From positions 1,079,266 through 1,143,265 of the forward strand of contig JBGAJN010000001.1 in the NCBI GenBank assembly GCA_044224905.1: 64,000 bases of DNA, in the 5' to 3' direction. The position numbers and the translations under genes are program-made. Shown here one piece after another: positions 56,101 through 64,000 of the stretch (position 1 is the first letter of the stretch; each line of letters begins with the position of its first letter). The notes under the pieces were generated by a model that was not told where the DNA came from, made no database searches, and worked only from the letters and a program-made list of their open reading frames with translations. The stretch comes from Limisphaerales bacterium. GTDB lineage: Bacteria > Verrucomicrobiota > Verrucomicrobiia > Limisphaerales > JBGAJN01.

Positions 56101-56571
56101 GTCATCGGGAATTGGCAGTCCGCCCTCCGCGACGTGGAAGCTCCCTTGCGTCGTGCGGCGATCGCTCTTCGGGTTGTGCAGCACGCCTTGCTTCACGCGA
56201 TACGAACGCACGATGTCAGAGTTGAACTCGTCACGATCCGGCGGCAACGAAAGCAGGCGCGCCAGCCCGAGCCGATCCAGCACAAAGCTCCGCGAGGGCA
56301 GCCGGGTCGAGGCTTTGCCGAGCAAGCCATCGAGATAGTTTTGAATCCGTTGATCCGCCGGACAGAGATAATCAGCGAGCAACCGGTCGGTTTCCTGGTG
56401 ATGTTGGAGCAACGCCGTCGCCATCGTGGCGAATTCGTCCGCCATCGGTAGCTTCACCTGCGGACATCCGAGCAGGGCGAGCTTGAGGTTGATGTACCGC
56501 AGCAATTGCTTTTCGTCAGCTGCAGTGGCGGTGGGTGCAGCCGTGGGAGTCGCTTTCAGTGAGGCGTTCAT
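53137..56571 (-). CDS. probable PPi-dependent phosphoenolpyruvate carboxykinase (PPi-PEPCK family; usually annotated hypothetical)
   Basis: 1144-aa soluble protein. Its size (about 130 kDa) fits the family. The blocks [55 protein letters not shown] and [26 protein letters not shown] match my recollection of the Entamoeba/Propionibacterium PPi-PEPCK family. This needs database confirmation. Confidence 0.55.
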   Translation of the reverse strand: [1144 protein letters not shown]

Positions 56572-56796
56572 TCGTGCGACCGGGGTTGTTGGTCGCGGGG
56601 TAAAACTTACGGCGCGATGAATTGTCCGCGCAAGACTTTGTGTGAGACTTCAGCGGTGTTTCTTTCATCGTTGGTCTGGATTGCTTGAATGAAACCAATC
56701 GATTGCAGGGCTTGGTTGACGGATGGCGAGCCCGCTGATAACAATCACGGCCATGTTTGCGCGCTGCTGTCTTTCTTCACTTTCCTTTGCGCCTGA

Positions 56797-57555
<759 letters not shown>

Positions 57556-57632
57556 ATAAGTTGCAAGTTGCAGGTGACCGGTTCCAAGTTGAATCGACCT
57601 GCGACAACCAACCGGCAACCGGAATAGAATTT

Positions 57633-58193
57633 ATGGCACTCGATGACATTTTGTTGGAAGCGGAAGAGAAGATGATCAAGACCGAGGAGGTCGTGCAGCA
57701 CGAATTCTCCGCCGTGCGCACCGGCAAGGCATCGCCGTCGCTCGTGGAAAACATCCTGGTGGAAGTTTACGGCTCGATGATGCGCCTCCGCGAACTCGCC
57801 GGCATCACCGCTCCTGAAGCCCGCATGTTGATGATCACGCCGTGGGACGCCACCACCGTCGGTCCGATTGAGAAGGCGATTCAAAAGGCGAACCTGGGCC
57901 TAAATCCCGCCGTGCAAGGTAAAGGCATCCGTATTGTCCTGCCCGATCTTAGCACCGAGCAACGCGAGAAATTCTGCAAAGCCTGCAAGAAGATGGCCGA
58001 AGATGGTCGCGTGGCGATTCGCCATGTCCGTCGCGACGCCATGGAAGCGCTGAAGAAAGAATCCAAAGACGGCGGCGTGACCAAGGACGATACCGAAAAA
58101 GCGGAAGCGGAAGTGCAAAAGCTCACCGATCAATACATCAAGAAGATCGATGAACATCTCGCGCACAAAGAAAAAGAGATCATGACCGTGTGA
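57633..58193 (+). CDS. frr: ribosome recycling factor
   Basis: 186 aa from ATG 57633 (track ORF trimmed from 57450). Contains F..VRTG.ASPSL...I.V.YYG, NLGLNP and IRNIRRDA-like RHVRRDA. Confidence 0.95.
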   Translation: MALDDILLEAEEKMIKTEEVVQHEFSAVRTGKASPSLVENILVEVYGSMMRLRELAGITAPEARMLMITPWDATTVGPIEKAIQKANLGLNPAVQGKGIRIVLPDLSTEQREKFCKACKKMAEDGRVAIRHVRRDAMEALKKESKDGGVTKDDTEKAEAEVQKLTDQYIKKIDEHLAHKEKEIMTV

Positions 58194-58216
58194 GTTGCGG
58201 CTGAATTTTCAAACAC

Positions 58217-58252
58217 AAAACCCCAAGCGACGTTGAATCGCTTGGGGTTTTT
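58217..58252. terminator. bidirectional rho-independent terminator between frr (+) and ftsB (-)
   Basis: AAAA-CCCCAAGCGA (58221-58230), loop CGTTGAA, TCGCTTGGGG (58238-58247), then TTTTT. A-run and T-run flank the stem, so it serves both convergent genes. Confidence 0.85.
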
Positions 58253-58268
58253 GTTGAAAGGGAATCGT

Positions 58269-58592
58269 TCAGCGCGCGGACGCGGCGTTTTCGGAAGCCT
58301 GCTCAAAGCGGATCACCGTTTCGCCCGGCTTGGCGTAGCCGAGTTTTTCCCGCGCGAGACGTTCGACAGTTTTAGGATCCGAGCGCAGCAGTTCGAGTGA
58401 CGTATGAAGTTCGCGGGCGAGATCCTCCTGTTTCTTGACCTCGGCTTCGAGGCGGAGAATCTCCTTCCGCATATTTTCGTTGGTCTTGATGAGCGGCAGG
58501 TACCAGAAGCCGACCGCCACGGCCACCGCGACGATCAAAAGGACGAGCACTACTTTGGAAAGCTTGTCCCAAATGCCAAGGTCGACGTTCAT
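58269..58592 (-). CDS. ftsB: septum formation initiator (FtsB/DivIC family)
   Basis: 107 aa with an N-terminal TM helix, a coiled coil (MRKEILRLEAEVKKQEDLAREL) and the DPKTVERLAREKLGYAKPGE signature. Confidence 0.85.
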   Translation of the reverse strand: MNVDLGIWDKLSKVVLVLLIVAVAVAVGFWYLPLIKTNENMRKEILRLEAEVKKQEDLARELHTSLELLRSDPKTVERLAREKLGYAKPGETVIRFEQASENAASAR

Positions 58593-58636
58593 CGCGGCCA
58601 GTTAAACACTGGCCGCGCAAAAAAGGGAAGCGGGTT

Positions 58637-59011
58637 TTACTTCGAGTATTTTCTCCAAGCTTTCAAAACCCCATCGGGGCCGAACGTCAGCCGGAGAAAC
58701 CATTCGTAGGATGGATAGCTGTCAACCGCGTAAGCAGGGTAGCTGTAGCCAGAATACGCGTAAGGCGGCGGTCCGATCAGCACGCTGCGGCCGGGATTGC
58801 GCGAGATCAGCCACTCCTCCACCGCCGTGCCGTCGGTGAGTTTGGCGGACTTGTCGGGCGGTCCGAGATCAGTCACAGCCTGATCGTGAGTGTAAACACC
58901 GACGCGCGCATTCCAGTCGATCTTCGGTCCGGTGACGCAACCCGCGAGCAAGCATGCGAATGCGGCGGCGAAAGCGATCAGCTTCCACGATCGGGTAGCG
59001 AACAAGTTCAT
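58637..59011 (-). CDS. lipoprotein, unknown function
   Basis: 124 aa with lipobox ACLLAGC. Protein-like composition; no family recognised. Confidence 0.65.
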   Translation of the reverse strand: MNLFATRSWKLIAFAAAFACLLAGCVTGPKIDWNARVGVYTHDQAVTDLGPPDKSAKLTDGTAVEEWLISRNPGRSVLIGPPPYAYSGYSYPAYAVDSYPSYEWFLRLTFGPDGVLKAWRKYSK

Positions 59012-59072
59012 GTCTGAACTCTAAACCGTGCCCATCTGAATGCAATCCACTGACCAAACCGACGGTCGCCCG

Positions 59073-60041
59073 CTAAGCGCGCGGGTGCGCTTGATCGTAA
59101 GCCTTCTTCAACCGTTCCGTGGAAACGTGCGTGTAAACCTGTGTCGTCACCAGGTGCGCATGGCCGAGTAATTCCTGCACGCTGCGGAGATCCGCGCCGT
59201 TATCGAGCAGATGCGTGGCGTAACTGTGCCGCAACTTGTGCGGCGTGAGCTTGGGATCGAGTCCCGCGAGCGCGAGATACTTCTTCAATCGCGCCTGCAG
59301 CGCCCGCGGCACCACCGGCGTAATCTCACGAGTGACAGCGAGAAACACGGGCTCACGTCCCGTCGGTGGCGAAGGGAGTTTTCGCCAATACGCTTTGATG
59401 GCGTCGAGCGCTATTTGACCGATGGGAACTTGCCGTTCTTTCTTCCCTTTGCCGCGCACGCGAATGAGTTGTTCGCTGAAATCAACGTCCTCAACGAGCA
59501 GGCCGCAGAGTTCGCTGATACGCAGGCCGCAGGAGTAAATGGTTTCGAGAATCGCGACATCGCGCAGCGGCAAAGTGGGATCGACCGGTCGACCGCGCCC
59601 TTTCTTCTCCGGCGACGGCGCCTGCAGTTGCAGCGGCGCCGCGAGCAGCGAACTCAACTGATCCACCGTGAGAAAACGCGGCAGTCGTTTCTCGAGTTTT
59701 GGCAGCGCGACGTTCTTGATCGGCGAGGTCTCGACTTTGCCGCGACGGATTAGGAATTTGTAGAATGATCGCAGCGCGGAAAAACGCAGTTGAATTGCCG
59801 CGCGACCGAGCCTGTTGCGGCCGAGATAACGGAGGTAACTGCGGAAATCATCGCGATGGAGAGTCGGCCACGGAGGAGGTGACTGCCGTTCCTGCTGATG
59901 CCAGCGGTGAAATTCCGCCAACGCTTGCCGGTAGTTTCGCTGCGTGTAAATCGAAGCGCCGCGATCGGAGCCGAGGTGTTGAAGGAAACCCTGCAGCAAC
60001 GAATCGTTGGCGATGGGATCGTGGTTCGGCTCTTCAGCCAT
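59073..60041 (-). CDS. xerC: tyrosine recombinase XerC/XerD
   Basis: 322 aa. N-terminal SAM-like domain (..YTQRNYRQALAEFHRW..) and catalytic region ...GLRISEL...HKLRHSYATHLLDNGADLRSVQELLGHAHLVTTQVYTHV. Confidence 0.9.
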   Translation of the reverse strand: MAEEPNHDPIANDSLLQGFLQHLGSDRGASIYTQRNYRQALAEFHRWHQQERQSPPPWPTLHRDDFRSYLRYLGRNRLGRAAIQLRFSALRSFYKFLIRRGKVETSPIKNVALPKLEKRLPRFLTVDQLSSLLAAPLQLQAPSPEKKGRGRPVDPTLPLRDVAILETIYSCGLRISELCGLLVEDVDFSEQLIRVRGKGKKERQVPIGQIALDAIKAYWRKLPSPPTGREPVFLAVTREITPVVPRALQARLKKYLALAGLDPKLTPHKLRHSYATHLLDNGADLRSVQELLGHAHLVTTQVYTHVSTERLKKAYDQAHPRA

Positions 60042-60089
60042 GGGACGAGCGTAACCGACGCGGAGAAAAAGCCAAGTGCGCCGCCCGGT

Positions 60090-62879
60090 TTAATCGCGCG
60101 GCGGGAAGTCGAAGGTGATCTTGCCCTTCTTGTCCATGACCAGGTACGCCGGGAACGGCTTGCCCGCTTTGGAGATGAACTTGTCGAGCAGGTCGCTCTT
60201 GCTGGTCGCGAGAATCTTCGTCGCCTGCGCCGGATCGATCGGCTGTTCCAGAATCGTCTTGCCGATCTTGAACTTGCACGCCTTCGCGTCGAGCTGAGAG
60301 TTCTCGCACAGATAGCCAGCGTCCGTGTCGCAGACTTTGCCGCCGCACTTCGGACACTTACCGACGACTGCCTTGCCGGTGAAATCCACCTTGGGCGGCG
60401 GTTCGCTCGGCGTGGCGCCCTTGCCCTTCTTCTCGCGGGGCGCGAACTCGAAGGCAGTCTTGCCGTCCTTCAACACGAGGAATGCCTCGAACTTGCGGTT
60501 CGTCTTCTTCGAAACGAAGCCCTTGAGCAAATCCGTCTTGCCCGTCGCGAGCATCTTGGTGATCTGCGCCGGCTCGATGGTTTGCTGCAAAATAATTTTG
60601 CCGGTTCGGAACGAGCAGGTCTTCTCGGGCGCGGCCTGCTTCTCGCAGACGTAATTCATGCCGGCATCGAAAACATTCCCGCCACACTGCGGGCATTTGC
60701 CGAGCGGCTCCTTCCCGGTGAAATCAACCGGCGCATTTGCCTCGCCTTCCTTGTTCTGGTCGTTGCCGAAATCAAACTCCGGCTTGAACTCCGCGTTCAT
60801 CTTGATGATGGCCGCGAACGGGAAACCTTGCTTGCTGCGGAATCCTTGCAGCGGCCCGACGACGCCCTTCGTGATGAGTTCCTCGACTTCGGAAATCTCC
60901 AACTGCCGGCTTGCGACAATTTTCCAGAGCGCGAAGTCGCACTTCTGGCACTGGAACTTCTTGTAGTTCTCGTGGATCTCGCCGCCGCACTTCGGGCACG
61001 GGACGTTGAGCTTGCCGTAATCGCCCGGCACGGTGTCGCTCTCGTGAAGCTTCGCTTTCGCCACGATGTCGCGCGTCGCATCGGCGATTTCCTTCATGAA
61101 CTCGTCGCGCTTCATTTTGCCGCGCGCCATGAGGTTTAATTTGAATTCCCATTCGCCCGTGAGTTCCGGCGAACAAAGCTGAGGGATCTGGAGTCCGCGC
61201 AACAATGTGATCAGCGAGAACGCTTTCGCCGTCGGCTGCAATTCACGACCGTTGCGGTGAATGTATTTTTCCCAGAGCAAACCTTCGATGATGGTCGCGC
61301 GAGTCGCGGGCGTGCCGAGACCTTTGTCGTGCATTGCTTCGCGAAGCTCTTCGTCGTCAATCAGCTTGCCTGCACCTTCCATCGCGCCGAGCAATGTCGC
61401 TTCCGAATAGCGTGCCGGCGGTTTGGTGACGTTCGCCTCGACGTCGACTTTCACGGTCTTCACCGTTTCGTTCGGCTTCACCGGCACGAGGCTCGGCGTG
61501 TCATCGGATTCCGCGGCTTCCTTGCCGTAGACCGCGAGCCAGCCGGCGTTCACCATCACTTTGCCTTCGCTCTTGAACGGCTCGTTCTCGACACGCGTGA
61601 TGCGGGTGGTCACGAGGAATTCTGCCGGAGGAAAAAAGATCGCGAGGAAGCGCTTCGTGACGAGGTCGTAAAGTTTCTGTTCCGGCTCGCTCAATCCCTT
61701 GGGCGCAATGAGCGTCGGGATGATCGCAAAGTGGTCCGAGACTTTTGCGTTGTTGAAGATGCGCTTGTTCGGGCGCACCCAGCCGTTCTTCAAAATGTTT
61801 TCGGCGTGCGTGCCGTAATTCGTGTCCGCGAGCATGCCCATCGTCGCCTTGACGGTTTCGATGTAATCCTCGGGCAACGCGCGCGAATCCGTTCTCGGAT
61901 ACGTTAGCACCTTGTGCTTTTCGTAGAGTGCCTGCGCCAGTCCGAGCGTGTTCTTGGCGGAGAAACCAAAGCGTCCGTTCGCCTCTCTCTGCAACGTCGT
62001 CAGATCATAAAGCGCGGGCGACATCGAGGTCGTCGGCTTGCTTTCTTCGGTGACGATGCCGGGCTTGCCGAGGCACTTGGCCTGGATGGCTTCGGCCACC
62101 TTGACGTCCCAAACGCGCTCCTGCTTGAGCTGGTCGTCGCCTTCTTTCTTGGAAAACTTTTCGTCGAACCAGCGGCCGACGTATTCGCCCGCCTCTGCGC
62201 CGAAGGTGCCGTGGATTTCCCAATAGTTGCGCGGGACAAACTTCTTAATCTTCTCCTCACGCTCGACGAGAATTGCCAGCGTCGGCGTCTGCACACGGCC
62301 AACCGTCGTGAGATGGAAGCCGCCAGTCTTGGAATTGAACGCGGTCATCGCCCGCGTGCCGTTGATGCCGATGAGCCAGTCGGATTCCGACCGGCAGGTC
62401 GCGGCGTCCGCGAGCGGCATCATTTCCGTATCCGTGCGCAAGTGGGCAAAGCCTTCGCGAATCGCCGCCGGCGTCATCGATTGCAGCCAGAGGCGTTGGA
62501 TGGGTTTGTCGCTCTTCGCGTATTGAGCGATGTAACGGAAAATCAATTCGCCTTCGCGCCCGGCGTCGCAAGCGTTGACCAGCGAGGTGACGTCTTTGCG
62601 TTTGATGAGCTTGACCAGAACTTTGAGCCGCGCCTCGTTCTTCTCGATGGGCAACAGATCGAAGTGCGGCGGAATCACTGGCAAATGCGCGAACGTCCAC
62701 TTGCCGCGTTTGACCTCAAACTGTTCGGGAACCGCAATCGTCAGCAGGTGGCCGACCGCGGATGAGATGATGTAGTTATCATTCTCATAGAAATCCGCGT
62801 TCTTCTCAAACTTACCGAGCGCTTTGGCGATGTCGCCAGCGACGGATGGTTTTTCGGCGATGATGAGAGCTTTGCCCAT
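60090..62879 (-). CDS. topB: DNA topoisomerase III (type IA) with three C-terminal zinc-ribbon + Topo_C-repeat modules
   Basis: The N-terminus MGKALIIAEKPSVAGDIAKAL...GHLL......KW....LP..P is the TopB-type TOPRIM signature (AEKPS, not the TopA ESPAKA). DAGREGE is present. The C-terminus has three copies of a CP.CGG zinc ribbon followed by ..I.....I.....L......LL.GF.SK.G..F.A.L. Confidence 0.88.
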   Translation of the reverse strand: MGKALIIAEKPSVAGDIAKALGKFEKNADFYENDNYIISSAVGHLLTIAVPEQFEVKRGKWTFAHLPVIPPHFDLLPIEKNEARLKVLVKLIKRKDVTSLVNACDAGREGELIFRYIAQYAKSDKPIQRLWLQSMTPAAIREGFAHLRTDTEMMPLADAATCRSESDWLIGINGTRAMTAFNSKTGGFHLTTVGRVQTPTLAILVEREEKIKKFVPRNYWEIHGTFGAEAGEYVGRWFDEKFSKKEGDDQLKQERVWDVKVAEAIQAKCLGKPGIVTEESKPTTSMSPALYDLTTLQREANGRFGFSAKNTLGLAQALYEKHKVLTYPRTDSRALPEDYIETVKATMGMLADTNYGTHAENILKNGWVRPNKRIFNNAKVSDHFAIIPTLIAPKGLSEPEQKLYDLVTKRFLAIFFPPAEFLVTTRITRVENEPFKSEGKVMVNAGWLAVYGKEAAESDDTPSLVPVKPNETVKTVKVDVEANVTKPPARYSEATLLGAMEGAGKLIDDEELREAMHDKGLGTPATRATIIEGLLWEKYIHRNGRELQPTAKAFSLITLLRGLQIPQLCSPELTGEWEFKLNLMARGKMKRDEFMKEIADATRDIVAKAKLHESDTVPGDYGKLNVPCPKCGGEIHENYKKFQCQKCDFALWKIVASRQLEISEVEELITKGVVGPLQGFRSKQGFPFAAIIKMNAEFKPEFDFGNDQNKEGEANAPVDFTGKEPLGKCPQCGGNVFDAGMNYVCEKQAAPEKTCSFRTGKIILQQTIEPAQITKMLATGKTDLLKGFVSKKTNRKFEAFLVLKDGKTAFEFAPREKKGKGATPSEPPPKVDFTGKAVVGKCPKCGGKVCDTDAGYLCENSQLDAKACKFKIGKTILEQPIDPAQATKILATSKSDLLDKFISKAGKPFPAYLVMDKKGKITFDFPPRD

Positions 62880-63044
62880 TCGAGTAATCAGGCTCTAATA
62901 TTCTTCGTCGGCAGATTTGTGCAACGCGTTCTTCTCAATGAATCGGGGACGCTTGCGAAAAAACATCGCGAAGTCAAAGCCCGATTTACGGTCATCGGAC
63001 GTTTTTCCGGGAAACTTCAGCCGGTAAATTCTGACGGGGTGCGT

Positions 63045-64000
63045 TTACAATGCCGGTTTCAGCCTCACTTCGCGTAAGTCCATCACGGCACTCTTGGCCT
63101 TTTTCTTTGGTTTCACGGTGAGCGTGTAACGGCCCGGCGCGGCAATCTTTACGGTGCCAATGTTACGGGGAACAAAGTTTTGGAAATGGCCGGTATCCTC
63201 CACGGTCATCGCGAGAGTTTGACCGGCAATCGTGAACTCCACTTCGCTGCCGCCCGCGCCTTTCCCGCAACCTTGCAGCGGCTCGACGACAAACTTGCCG
63301 GGTTTGGTCACGGTGAACTCCCAACTCGCCCAATCTTCCTCGCGCACCCAGAAGCCAAGCGTGTTCTTGTGCGGAAGCGGTTCGTAACGCAGCGTCGTGC
63401 CGTGGATCTCAGCCGTGCTGGCGGGAAGCCGGATTGAGCCGTCGGCCGCTTGCGGATTCGGCACGAAATCAGGATTCGGTTGCATCATCTGCGCGCCGGT
63501 TTCGCGCCGCCACGCATCGAGCTTCGCACCGAGTTTGTCGGCGATCTTGGGCTCCTTCTCGATCAGGTTGCTCGATTCACGGATGTCCTTCGCGATGTTG
63601 AACAGTTCCCAACGACCCGTTTCGTAGAACTCGATGAGCTTCCATTCGCCCTCTCGAATCGCCGCGCCCGGTTTGCCGCCTTGATTGCTGTAGTGCGGGT
63701 AGTGCCAATAGAGCGAGCGCGGTTTCAATTCCCCGCCTTTCAACGTGGGCACGAGACTCACACCGTCGGGCTTCGCGGCACTCTTCACGCCGCACATGTC
63801 GAGAATCGTCGGGAAGAAATCGATGCTGCACACGGGTGTGTGATTCGTCGTGCCGGGCTTCACGGCGCCCGGCCACTTGATCAGCAGCGGCTCGCGAATC
63901 CCACCGTCGTAGAGGAAGCCTTTGCCCTCGCGCAACGGCGCGTTGATTGTCGCGGGAGTAAATGGGCCTTCGAGCACGCTAAGTCCGCCGTTGTCGGAGG
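63045..64000 (-). CDS. sulfatase, C-terminal part with extra beta-sandwich (CBM-like) domain; gene continues past the window end
   Basis: The frame stays open upstream of the track start. Hand translation of 64000-63975 gives ..SDNGGLSV.., the conserved sulfatase SDNGG block. Then REGKGFLYDGGIREPLLIKWPG. The last 140 aa or so (SIRLPASTAEIHG...WASWEFTV...VRLKP) form an added beta-rich domain. Confidence 0.85.
   Translation of the reverse strand, partial: SDNGGLSVLEGPFTPATINAPLREGKGFLYDGGIREPLLIKWPGAVKPGTTNHTPVCSIDFFPTILDMCGVKSAAKPDGVSLVPTLKGGELKPRSLYWHYPHYSNQGGKPGAAIREGEWKLIEFYETGRWELFNIAKDIRESSNLIEKEPKIADKLGAKLDAWRRETGAQMMQPNPDFVPNPQAADGSIRLPASTAEIHGTTLRYEPLPHKNTLGFWVREEDWASWEFTVTKPGKFVVEPLQGCGKGAGGSEVEFTIAGQTLAMTVEDTGHFQNFVPRNIGTVKIAAPGRYTLTVKPKKKAKSAVMDLREVRLKPAL

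Noticed and set aside
59073-62879. XerC-type tyrosine recombinase plus topoisomerase III as a possible integrative or conjugative element.
   Set aside because: The flanks are housekeeping genes (pyrH, frr, ftsB). I saw no direct repeats, tRNA target, or conjugation, relaxase or phage genes. The recombinase looks like chromosomal XerC/D and the composition matches the surroundings.

Overview
GC-rich, gene-dense chromosomal window with about 60 protein-coding genes on both strands. I found no rRNA, tRNA, CRISPR array, transposase or prophage genes. The gene content suggests a Verrucomicrobiota/PVC-type genome (inference): a giant DUF1080 + dehydrogenase-like + HEAT + LamG + C-terminal CxxCH protein, Cys-type sulfatases, a YXWGXW-repeat protein, and weak Shine-Dalgarno sites.
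Layout:
- 1-21 kb is an envelope/general-stress island. It holds a partial RsbU_N-type histidine kinase, a REC-less CheB, a mini-peptide-Ohr-CsbD unit, an OMP beta-barrel, and a 2937-aa cyclic beta-1,2-glucan synthase. It also holds coiled-coil and Tyr-rich lipoproteins, a YXWGXW protein, two BON-domain proteins, AI-2E transporter-MlaE-MlaD, and tiny hydrophobic peptides.
- 21-30 kb holds trpE, hisI and hisF interleaved with membrane proteins. A five-gene secreted/lipoprotein cluster follows (Gly-zipper, LpoB-like, TPR-like lipoprotein, YcfL-like, second LpoB/CsgG-like).
- 30-43 kb holds ubiE, a TPR-T2SSE_N protein plus an orphan pilB, moeA, a disordered secreted protein, glucarate dehydratase + kdgD, and sdhCAB (b558 type).
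- 43-64 kb holds a CoA-binding protein and a tightly coupled sulfatase / 1452-aa heme-binding giant / cupin / SDR operon with a divergent AraC regulator. It also holds a GT87-like glycosyltransferase, a probable PPi-type PEP carboxykinase, pyrH-frr, ftsB, xerC, topoisomerase III and a second, truncated sulfatase.
Best lead: a highly conserved box (TAGGGTTACACCCCATAG; core GGG-N3/4-CACCCCAT, with one perfectly palindromic copy) occurs six times. Every copy is intergenic and lies in the first 20 kb. Each copy is oriented toward and 26-124 nt upstream of a transcription unit encoding classic general-stress proteins or stress-signalling proteins. This looks like the promoter or operator of an undescribed general-stress regulon. 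All calls come from reading the sequence and from remembered family signatures; no database search was run.
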